Source of the DNA: Octopus sinensis
Lineage: Eukaryota
Assembly (NCBI RefSeq): GCF_006345805.1
Contig: NC_043013.1
Location: 47,616,001-47,680,000 of the forward strand
Reading direction: 5' to 3'
DNA: 64,000 nt
In this document: piece after piece, positions 51,330 through 62,053 of the stretch
Layout of the letters: each line of letters begins with the position of its first letter
Position numbering within the stretch: position 1 is the first letter of the stretch
Made by a program: the position numbers and the translations under genes
Notes under the pieces: generated by a model
Databases searched by the model: none
The model's input: only the letters and a program-made list of their open reading frames with translations
What the model was told of the DNA's origin: nothing

Positions 51330-51570
51330 TTCAGGGGAAAGATGGTTTGTGATGGGAGAAACCGCATTAATGGCTGGCAGATCGCTGAATGATTGTCTGA
51401 AAAGTGTGAAAGGAAAAGTGCCGTTCAGCTCTCACATTATGCCTAAACGCATTCATGAATGTGTTAAAAACAACCAATCTCTTGGTAAAACACTCTACGA
51501 AGTAAACTCAAGACAAAGAACGGTGTTGTAAGTCGACAGATCGTCAAGTTATGCCTGATTTTAGAAGAAG
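51330..51570 (+). pseudogene. Possible highly decayed hAT (Buster/Charlie-like) transposase fragment
   Basis: FVMGETAL...VPFSSHIMPKRIHE then KSTD in an adjacent frame resembles HTIGETLI...IPLSNNTVSRRIDE...DESTD. Confidence 0.3.
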
Positions 51571-52319
51571 ACAAGTAATAAGATTTGCATCTATACGTAT
51601 CATCGGATTTTGTTAGGGCCCCATATCGTAAAGATGTGGGTGGGAAAAATGTAGGTAGGGATGATGTGCTACCAATCCTCTCCCCTTAGTGTTTTACAAA
51701 GTAAGCCACAAGCATTATTAAAAGAGAAAAGAAGCATGATCATTCCTTACCCAAGTGCCCTTATCTTATCGCCTCATAAATTACTTTTGGGGTCCGGAGC
51801 TCTCAAGGGCAAAAATATTTCGCGACGCGGTCAGTTTTTGAATACATAGAAACATGTATGGGTACGACTCTGTGTGTATTTCATAGATATATGTGCGATG
51901 GGGCACATATGTCATGTTTGCAAGTAGTGTGTGGTGAATTTTTAAAAATATATTCGCAAGTACTGAGTGATGAATTGATTTCACCAATAAGCTTCATCAC
52001 TCCTCACATGCATCAAAGCAAAGCTAATTGACATTCACTTGACTTTAAATTACTCCAAGATACTACAATTCAAAAACACGCACTTAGTCTTACTATCTGT
52101 CTAACACCCACTTATCGTCTATTAATATATTCTCACATCTTCCTGCTCTATTTCTCTTCTCTCTCGCTCCCTTCTCACTCTCCTTTCTCTCTCTCCCCCT
52201 CTCTCTCTCTCTCTGCTCTCTCTCTCTTTCTCGCTCTCTGAATTTACCTCTCTCTGAGACCTATTTCGCAATTTTTCTTTGAACAGTATTATGATCTTCC
52301 ATATGTTTTGCCCTATTTT

Positions 52320-52419
52320 NNNNNNNNNNNNNNNNNNNNNNNNNNNNNNNNNNNNNNNNNNNNNNNNNNNNNNNNNNNNNNNNNNNNNNNNNNNNNNNNN
52401 NNNNNNNNNNNNNNNNNNN
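52320..52419. other. Assembly gap (100 N)
   Basis: Run of exactly 100 n. Confidence 1.
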
Positions 52420-52658
52420 ACTTGCAGCTGTTTCGATTTTGCTCAAAAGAATTAAATTCCAGTAATTGAAACATTTTATTGAGCAAAATCTCGCCATAGG
52501 AGTAAAAAAGATATATCGTTAGGTTATTACATGTTATTCTTCCAAAACAGCTCAACAGACGATATGTCTCTTTTACACTTTTGGCGAGATGATGGCCAAT
52601 AAAATGTTTTAACTACTGGAATCTAATTCTTTTGGGCAAAATCGAAACAGCTGTAAGT
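52420..52658. repeat. Inverted repeat (about 77-bp arms) of a degenerate hammerhead-like motif
   Basis: 52420-52496 is the reverse complement of 52582-52658; each reads tggcga-gattttgctcaa...ttgagcaaaatc-GAAAC-agct-G(T/C)A-agt. Confidence 0.75.
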
Positions 52659-52713
52659 GAACATGTTGAATATTAACGCTGCTTCTCCAGGTTCTGGATT
52701 TTAATTTTATTAG

Positions 52714-53115
52714 ACACCTCGCGGGATGAAAAACAAAACCCGTCAAAGGGCGGAGGAACTCTTGAGAGTCAATGGCCATCCAATAAATGTCTTAAGGTTG
52801 TATCATGCGGGGACATAGAGATAATCGAACTGAATACCCGATCGCGCGGTTAAACCATTGGGAGTGAAGGACTCCCAGCCTTTGTTAGGGCATCCTTCTG
52901 GGAGAAGGTAACTCAGGTAACTGGGGTAACTCCGACATAAAACCTGCGGCTCAATGGTTACCGATGATGTTGACTTGTTCTTCTTTTCGGATTATGGCTG
53001 CTGTTGTTTAGTGAGTCGGATTGACTCAGTACACGCCTTTCCTCATTAAAACAATCTTCTTGCACAGGCATTGCCCAATAACAACATTGATTAAGCTTCA
53101 CGCAATTGCCAGCCA

Positions 53116-53118
<3 letters not shown>
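52714..53118. mobile_element. GC-richer interspersed-repeat-like segment, possibly RTE 5'-UTR-derived
   Basis: Composition contrast with flanks; ggagaaggtaactc...ataaaacc motif recalls RTE 5' UTRs (recognition only). Confidence 0.3.
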
Positions 53119-53187
<69 letters not shown>

Positions 53188-54429
53188 GTATGTATAGAAA
53201 CATATTACACATGCAACTATACACACACGCATATTTAAATTTATATTTATATTTGTAAAGAGGCTACTCCACATTATGTTTTTATCTCTACACAGATACG
53301 AAAAAGCAATCCGGTTTGATCAGATTCTGGTCTCACTGAATTTGAGCCAGAGAAGGATAAACCATCTTCTGACCCTCACTGTATTTTCTCTGGGAGACAG
53401 GAAAATGACTACAGAAAAGAGTGATTGGCCCAGGTTTCATTTGTTTATTTATTTATTTTTAGATGTTATTTTCTCTGTAACTGAAACAGCATCCCTGTTT
53501 TAGGAATCGAAATATGGAAAGTGTGATGCTCATGGCATTCTTAATTTCATTGCGAGCGTAAATGAACTAAACGAGTATGAGCCAGGATTGTGACCACAGC
53601 TGAAACTCAAATTGCTAGGAGATTTGCCTTTTCGCTACGATACGGATCCATAAAATACGTAAATACCGTCCTTGTAAATTTTAAGGGAGCTGGGTAACGT
53701 TGGTTACATAAAGCAATTAGAATGCAACCGAACATGTATTCTCAATGTGGGAAAATAGCTTCGTTAATGACTTAATGCCAAATATTTGATACAGATTCGA
53801 ACTCAGCACTCATGAGATCCTAGTTTGTTATATCACTTATGTTGCCAACGATTATTATAATTTCATTTTATAACCCTCCCCTTTAGTAAACACAGCTTTG
53901 TTCAATCTAATATAATCGTGAACATCATTAAAAAATTTTATAGTCAATAAATATTCGAAGATCAGCAAAATTGATATTTGCATAATTAAAAAGCATAATT
54001 TTCAAACTCAATGTACACCTTGTTTTATTCGATCTTTTGTAATGAGTCTTTAAAGCAAACCGCAATTTTAAATGTTTCACAGCAGCTCAGAAACACTTCC
54101 AAGAGAACATAAAACCGCATATTTCCTTTCATACAATTTTTTTACCAAGTTGGTTTTATTGTTTTTATTCACCGCCGCTCCCCATGCCTGCACTTCGTAA
54201 ATGTAGTGTCTTACCTTACATTGAGTCACAATAATATTTCCAACACTTGCAAACTAACAGAACGGTTCCAATTTAGCACCTCAACAAAATATTAATTAGA
54301 AAAAAAAATAAATTTACAATTAATATTAGAATATCAATTTGATGGAAGAAAGAAATTCTACGTACACCTATTGATTAATAATCTGCAGACCGACATATAT
54401 GGATAACACATCATCACATCTACACGTGT

Positions 54430-56129
54430 AGAAACAACAACAGTAGCAACAACAACAACAACAGCAGCAACAACAATAACAGCGGCAATAACAATAGCTG
54501 CAGTGAGGAAAAACGTGGCAACTCAAAAGCGGCGGCAAAGCAACGACTAAAACAATCAAAATAATTAAAAGAACAACAATTAAAACAACAACGGGAACAA
54601 TGAAAAACGTATCTGACAAAACACTAGCAGCAACAACAACAACAACAACAACAACAGCAGCAGCAACAACAACAACAACAACAACAGCAACAATAAGAAT
54701 AACAATGGGATATGGCTGTAGAATCAACAACAGCAAAAATAACAATTATAATAATACGGGTAACAACTGCGGGAGCGCCAACTATATCAATACGACAACA
54801 ACAACAACAACGGCGATTACAATAATAATAACAACAACAACAACAACAACAATACGGAATTTTTAAAAAATATATTATCGAATAAAAGAGCAACTAAAAG
54901 CAAGTGAAAAGTTGCAGAGGAAAAAGATAGCGCTATGAAAGGAATGAAAGAACGTTCGGCAAGGAAGAGACTGAATTTTTATTGGTGATATATCAAAGAC
55001 ACATTGAGAGATGTTTGATACGTCGAGATAATGGCCAGCTTTCTCATACTCCCCGCTAAAATCTAATTTTCTTCACGCTTTCTCTTCTTTCCCGCCTTCA
55101 ATTTTTACATCATCACCATCTTAATCGCCATCATCCTCTTCATCATCATCTTAACCATCGTCCTCCTCGTCATCATCATCATCATCATCATCATCGTCGT
55201 CGTCGTCATAATCATCAACATCATCATCATCATCTCCATCATCGCCATCATCTTCATTATCATCTCCATTATCGTCATCATCATATCATCATCGTCATCA
55301 TCATCGCTATGGCCAAGGATTACTATCACAAATATAATCGTCATTTTCGTAATCCTTATCAGCATCAACATCATCATCATCATCATCATCATCCTCATCA
55401 TTATTATCCTAACCACCACCAACACCACCACCACCATCACTACCACCATCACCACCACCACCATCATCATCATTATCATCACCATCATCGTCATCAACAT
55501 CATCATCATCGTCGTCATCATCATCATCATCACCATCATCACCATCACATTTTTACCATCATCACCACCTCCACATCCACCCCACCCCCCCATTCCCCCA
55601 TCATAATCTTCATCACCAACTCCAACATCCGCAAAGAGACGCCCACTTTTGTTACTATTATTATTCCGTTGATGAAGGTTCAAGATAGATGTGCCTTTAC
55701 TGTTGTTTGTTATTGTTGTTTATTGTTGATACTCTGATTGCTTATTGTTGTTGCTGTCCTTCTTATTGTTGCCTATGGTCGTTGTTCTTATTGTTGTTGT
55801 CATTGCCGTCGTAGTCGTCGTCCTTGTTGTTGTTGTTGTTGTTACTGTCATTCTTAGTCATTTCCTGCTCATTAATATTTTATTTATAGTTCGAAATCTA
55901 AACAGCACCGGGTCTGGCACTGCCACCAACGCCAACGCCAACACCTCAACCCACACGGCCAACGTCGTCGTCGTAGTCGTCGTCATCATCATCACCAACA
56001 TCATCATCATCATCATAATTATCATCTTAACTGTCATCATCATTGTCGTAGTCGTCGTCACCGTCGTCACCATCATATTTACTACCATTATTGTCATGAT
56101 GATAATATCATCATCATCATCATTATCAT

Positions 56130-56160
<31 letters not shown>

Positions 56161-56669
56161 AACATCGTTATCATGATCATGAATATAATCATAAGCATCT
56201 TCATCTCAAACCCTAATATCATTCAGCAACAACAGCATCACTTCTGCCTCATCCCCCAGCGCCATCACCCCCAACACCACTCTCACCACACGCATCCATC
56301 ACCGTCGTTGCCACCGCCACCATCATTGTTCACATTGCCATCACAATCATCATCATCGTCAGCAGCAGCTGCAGCAGCAGTAGCAACTATAGTAGGAGTC
56401 TCAACATTGCCTTCATCTAGAGTATCGCCATAAGCCAGCCCCTGCTGCAGCACTACCAATGGCGCCAACAAAACCATGGCTGTCGTCACCACCTCCATCA
56501 TCATCATTACAAGTATCGTCGTCATCGTCGACACCACCACCAACACAATAACATTACGAGCAACAGAACTATCATCATCATCATCATCATCATCAGTGTT
56601 GTAAATATCGTTAACATCACCAACAACACCGCCACCAACACCATCATCATCATCATCATCATCATTATC

Positions 56670-56714
<45 letters not shown>

Positions 56715-57060
56715 TTCATGATTATCATCATCCTCACCATCATCATCATCATCTTCATGATTATCATCATCATCATCATCATCATTATCATCATCATCTT
56801 CATGATTATCATCATCATCATCATCATCATCATCAACATTATCGTCGTTGTCGTCGCCGTCATTGTCATCATCATCATCATCATTATTATCATTATAAAC
56901 ATTGTCGTCGTCATTATCCTCCTCCTCCTCCTCATAATCATCATCGTCGTCGTTATCATCATCAATATCATCATCATCATCATCATCATCATCATTCATC
57001 ATCATCATCATCATCGACATCGCAATCAGCAGCTGCCACATTATTATTATCGATATTGTT
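54430..57060. repeat. 2.6-kb mosaic of degenerate trinucleotide repeats (CAA/CAG, CAT/CAC, GTT/GTC)
   Basis: Direct inspection; source of the poly-D, M, H, V and T ORFs. Confidence 0.92.
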
Positions 57061-57520
57061 ATCAATGTCTTCGCAACGAGAAAACAAATTCTTCATTTAT
57101 CATATTGTAAACATTCTTGGTTTTATAATTGTTTTAGAAGTCTGTAATATAATTACCTCACCCGCACCCCCACCTACCGATATATTGCCTCATTAGAGAT
57201 ATGTAAATGGTTAGATGTTATATTTATCACACTCAGCGGATATCCCTCTCTCTCTCTCCCTCTCTCTCTCTCTCTCCTCTCTCACTCTCTCTCCCTCACT
57301 TTATCTTTTATGCGAGTGAGTGCGTTAATGTATATACGTTCATGTAATGTGCATGTGTGAGTGTACTTGTGTGTGTGTGTATATATATATATGTGTGCGT
57401 GTGTGTGTGTGTGTGTGTGTTTGTGTATGTGTGTGTCTATTCTACTTTTCCCCATTATCTCACCGTTGCATTTACAATTATCAACGTTTCTAAACTTCAT
57501 AATTATATATATATATTATA

Positions 57521-57603
<83 letters not shown>

Positions 57604-57987
57604 ATTATATTTGGTCGGTTGGAGGAATGTGATGCGTCAGGGACTTTGCAAAGTCACAAAAACCGATGAGCAGTTAATATTGGAGCTATTGACATATTTT
57701 ACGAACATTAGGGAGCCAGGGACCCTTCACCGCTAGTGTCATTGAACAAGGCGTCAATACCACTTATTCCTATTTCTCCAAGTCCTTTAGCCAACCAGCG
57801 TTGTAATAGTATAATTAATTCGCTTCATAGATTTCAGGTTTCAGATTTATAAAAGATTGGAAAATAGGTTTGCATAACGTCCATAGATTCCTCGAAGATT
57901 TTAGGGCAAGCTAAATAAATATGCCACAAACATTAAGAATGTTTTAGAAATCCATGACACGACAAGAAGTTTCGGAAGGCTACACTT

Positions 57988-58140
57988 AATCGATTAAGTC
58001 CAAAAAGTACATCACTGGTACTTTATTTTATCGACCCCCAGGACGATAAAAGACAAAAGTTGGCTTCGATAGGAATTCAATTAAGAACATAAAGAGCAGG
58101 AACAGATACTGGAAAGCGACCGCTTTTCTGACGCTCTAAA
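57988..58140 (-). mobile_element. Degenerate family-A SINE, cut by a hAT-like end
   Basis: actggtactttatttatcgacccc...gacaaaagttggc...ctgacgctcta. Confidence 0.55.
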
Positions 58141-58141
58141 C

Positions 58142-58330
58142 CAGTGCTTCTCAATCCGGGCCCATTAAACCTGGGTGTTGGGGGCCCATATAAGATTTTG
58201 CTGTTAAAATTTACGCGCAATAAATTGGTTATAGTTCGACAATACACAAAGTATTTCAACAATTTTTATAGAATATTCCTAATAATATTTAATTACAAAA
58301 TCATAATAGGAATTTTGAAAACCTCAAATT
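58142..58330 (+). mobile_element. Left end of a hAT-like non-autonomous element
   Basis: cagtgcttctcaatccgggccc...gggggccc resembles Charlie-type CAGTG.TTC.CAA termini; no right TIR seen. Confidence 0.45.
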
Positions 58331-58794
58331 GATATGACGGCTTATTCAAACCTTTGCGATTTGTTACTTTTGGCTCTAACTTACCCCATCACATATGTGG
58401 TGGAGATGACTATTAAGAATCTACTCTATCACTTTGAACCCTATCCATTAATAATGATCAACAATAAGGTTCGTATAAAGCCAAATCTACAAGCCCCCTT
58501 ATGCCATATACGTCTGCTGATTGGTCCCTTGTCATTGAGGAAAGTAACGAACAAATTCACATTTCGCATCAGCAGAGAAGTTCATACTCTGCTTAGTAAT
58601 CTCCTTCGTCAGATGCCTGCTTAAACATCCTCTCCTCTGCCATCCCTTAGATCTAAATAACATAGTTTCACCATACTGTCAGAAAATACACAAACAGCCC
58701 CACCGCTCGAGCGTGCCAGAAGTTTACGTTGCAATTCCCTTCGTACTTTCTTCTTTCCAGCAAAGCGGTACTCACTTTCAACACCAATATGGAA

Positions 58795-59168
58795 GCACTC
58801 CGTGGGTTACGACGACGAGGGTTCCGGTTGATCCGATCAACGGAACAGCCTGCTCGTGAAATTAACGTGTAAGTGGCTGAGCACTCCACAGACACGTGCA
58901 CCTTAACGTAGTTTCGGGGAATTCAGCGTGAACAGAGAGTGACAAGGCCGGCCCTTTGAAATACAGGTACAACAGAAACAGGAAGTAAGAGTGAGAGAAA
59001 GTTGTAGTGAAAGAGTACAGCAGGGATCACCACCATCCCTGCCGGAGCATCGTGGAGCTTTAGGTGTTTTCGCTCAATAAACACTCACAACGCCCGGTCT
59101 GGGAATCGAAATCACGATCCTACGACCGCGAGTCCGCTACCCTAATCACTGGGCCATTGCGCCTCCAC
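58795..59168 (-). mobile_element. tRNA-derived SINE with distinct head and body type 2
   Basis: Head ggaggcgcaatggcccagtgattagg...gatttcgattccc; 58795-58971 matches 36875-37053. Confidence 0.88.
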
Positions 59169-59384
59169 CAACACCAATAACGCCAAGGTTCTATCACGTT
59201 TTACATTTTAACTCACACGGCAGACCATTGAGAAGTTAAGAGTTACCAGTAACAACAATATTTACTTATAGTACTTGTGGTAATTCCACGTTTACTTTGA
59301 AAACTAATGTTGTCGGAATTTTGTTTTTCTCCGCTGCTCAGTGAAACCGCTGCTGAGAAGTCAAACCCAGTTACATATTTCTGA

Positions 59385-59598
59385 TATTGCTTTCAAGATT
59401 TGGCTCAAGGCCAGCAATTCCAGGATAGAGGTAACTCGATTATATCGACCATAGTGCTCAACTGGTACTTATTTTATCGATCCCGAAAGCATGTAAGACA
59501 AAGTCGACCTCGGCGGAATTTGAACTAAGAACGTAAAAACGGACGAAATGCAGATAAGCATTTTTCCCGGCGTGCTAACGATTCTGCCAGCTCACCGT
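59385..59598 (-). mobile_element. Family-A SINE
   Basis: aaagtcgacctcggcggaatttgaact...ctaacgattctgccagctcacc. Confidence 0.88.
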
Positions 59599-59690
59599 TC
59601 TATTACATGCTTCTGCTTTTAAAACAGGATTTAGTGCAGCAGCTTAAAATACGTCAAAGCGTAACCTGTAGAGGTCACAGGTGGTAACAC

Positions 59691-59716
<26 letters not shown>

Positions 59717-59721
<5 letters not shown>

Positions 59722-59999
59722 CTTTATTCACCATAAGGTTGAGAAAAAGAAGGGACAAAACAAACGTTGGGGTCAGGGCATCGAATGAGACGAAACATAT
59801 GAATAAACAAACAATTAAAATATATACAATTAAATGAGAATGAGTGAATAACAAAAAATGAAGCGGGGGACGTGGTTGACCCCACAAACCACATACTCAC
59901 ACTGAAGACTTTGCTTTCTCCTTTTTTACATTCTCGATTAAACAGGTTCTTTCACTCGCAACATACTTGCTATAGACTTCCATCTTTTACGAAACAAAA
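59717..59999 (-). mobile_element. Tx1/L1-type LINE 3' fragment embedded in (GA)n/(TC)n
   Basis: FVKRWKSIASMLRVKEPV* resembles the RWKIVARMVRV C-terminus at 24560; (AG)n on both sides. Confidence 0.5.
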
Positions 60000-60229
60000 G
60001 AGAGAGAGAGAGAGAGTCAGACAGAGAGTGTGTGTGCATGTGTGTGAGAGAGAAAGAGAGAGATGACTGATGCCTAGCTAGTAGTATCCATTATATTTGA
60101 GTTGAGTGGAGCAACGGGAAATGAAGGATTACAAGGCGCTGTCAGGTCCAGGAACTGAACACAAAATTATTATCATGGACTAAACAACCGAACCACTAGG
60201 TCAACCACCTTCACTCACACACATTAACA

Positions 60230-60230
60230 C

Positions 60231-60261
<31 letters not shown>

Positions 60262-60375
60262 TGTATGTATGTATGTATGCATGTATGTATGTATGCATGT
60301 ATGTATGTATGTAAGTATGTATGTATGTATGCATGTATGTATGTATGCATGTATGTATGTATGTATGTATGCATA
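60230..60375. repeat. (TATG)n microsatellite
   Basis: Direct inspection. Confidence 0.92.
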
Positions 60376-60807
60376 TGCGTATGTGTTCGCTTTTATTTGC
60401 CACTTTCCAGATTAAAGCTCTCTAATCCACCATTCCGTAGTCATGGGAACGTGTGTGTGTGATTCGCGTGAGTTCACATTTTCATCCTTTACATCTCCAC
60501 GTCGTACTCCCTTTCTGCTTGTCGTCTTATGTGTACGCATGAAAGGAATTATTTGTGTAGATTCACTGACAAAAGGCATTTTCGCTTTAAAATATATTTT
60601 ACCCTTGTTACTGATTTCTCGTGCAGTTTTTATCGGCGAGGGAGACCTCAATATACGCGTCCTTTGAGCGACTATTCAACAGACACAAATGCAAATTACA
60701 TAAGTACAATCTATCCGAAGGCCTTGCACCCATAGCCATCGATCAGATAAGTTATTCTTCATCAAACATCACCAAAATGGCATGTGATGCACGCGTGCAA
60801 ACACATA

Positions 60808-60818
60808 GGTAGTAGTAA

Positions 60819-60884
<66 letters not shown>

Positions 60885-61085
60885 GCAGCAGCAGTAGTAG
60901 TAGTAGTAGTAGTAGTAGCAGCAGCAGCAGCAGCAGTAGTGATAGTAGTAGTAGTAGTAGTAGTAGTAGCAGCAGTAGTAGCAGTAGTAGTAGTAGTAGT
61001 AGTAGCAGCAGCAGCAGTAGTAGTAGTAGTAGCAGTAGTAGTAGTAGCAGCAGTAGTAGTAGTAGTAGTAGTGGCGGCGGCGGCG
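60808..61085. repeat. (TAG)n/(CAG)n mosaic repeat
   Basis: Direct inspection. Confidence 0.92.
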
Positions 61086-61510
61086 ACGGTGATAGTGGTG
61101 GCACCAACAGGCTTGAAAAGCGGGCATAGCACAATTATTGATATCTGTCTCGTGGGGCAACAAAGGTCACGGGCGCTATCTTTTCCTCCCGACATATCGA
61201 AAAAAAGAAAAAAAGAAATTACTGCCTTCAGTATAGTCATATTTTATTTACTCTAAGTCAAAGCACAGAACATAGTTGTTTGACTATTACAATTGAATCC
61301 TTTTTTATTGAGACGGTTGGTTAGTCGACTGAGTAGAACACGGATCACAATGCTTACTGGTATTTACTTAAGTCTCTCCTCAGTACTAAACGAATTTGTC
61401 AATTTAAAAAAATCATACCAGTAAGGCATAAGGACTGATGTTATACACCATACTCCCCTCTCAAACTGTTATAGCTTATATTGCTATCATCATTTAGCAT
61501 TATTGATAAT

Positions 61511-62036
61511 AAGGTGGTGGATTTGCAGAATCATTCGAGCATCGAATACTTGTTGCAACTAATTACCTCCTGAGTTCAACTCAATTCAATTCAATTCATT
61601 TCAATTTTTATTGGCTCAAAAAGCAAAAGCAAGGCCATGTAGGGGGACAGGGAGTTATGTACAAGGAGGATGATCATACAAAGAGTTCAGGCCATTTCTG
61701 GTCAAGAGAGACTAGAACCGAGCGGTCGTCAGCATCTTCACTATCTCGTCCGGCAGCTTAATTCACGGATCCGCAACCCGGACGGAGAAAGCCCCTCTCC
61801 TTCGAGTGAGATGAAATCGTCGTAGATAAAGCTTTTCGGAGTGACCCCGCAGCTCACGCTCTGGAGCAGGAGTGAAGAACAGCTCTTTCGAGAGTTTACA
61901 CTTTCCGCTTATGATGACGTGAGCGAGAATGAGATCACCACGGCGTCGTCGTTTTTCGAGAGAATAAAGGTCGAGCGTCTTCACCGAAGTCAATTTTATC
62001 TTTCAGCTTTCCAGGGTCGATAAAATACTATTTACG
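61511..62036 (+). mobile_element. Degenerate family-A SINE split by a CR1 insertion
   Basis: tttgcagaatcatt...ctgagttcaa | insertion | caccgaagtcaatttt...ccagggtcgataaaata. Confidence 0.6.
61575..61980 (-). mobile_element. CR1/L2-type LINE 3' end with (TTGAA)n tail
   Basis: LYSLEKRRRRGDLI...LRGHSEKL...RRGAFSVRVADPWNKLP, the typical CR1 ORF2 C-terminus. Confidence 0.85.
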
Positions 62037-62053
62037 TAATAATGTCTATTCAA

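Noticed and set aside
60808-61085. (CAG)n/(TAG)n mosaic as a polyglutamine or stop-codon-rich coding signal
   Set aside because: No splice or ORF context; typical point-mutation-driven interconversion of trinucleotide repeats.
749-61256. Dozens of ORFs rich in YI/IY, HT, CV, poly-M, poly-I, poly-L, poly-T
   Set aside because: They are read-throughs of (TA)n, (CA)n, (GAT)n, (ATT)n and (TAG)n microsatellites that lack stops; no domain content.
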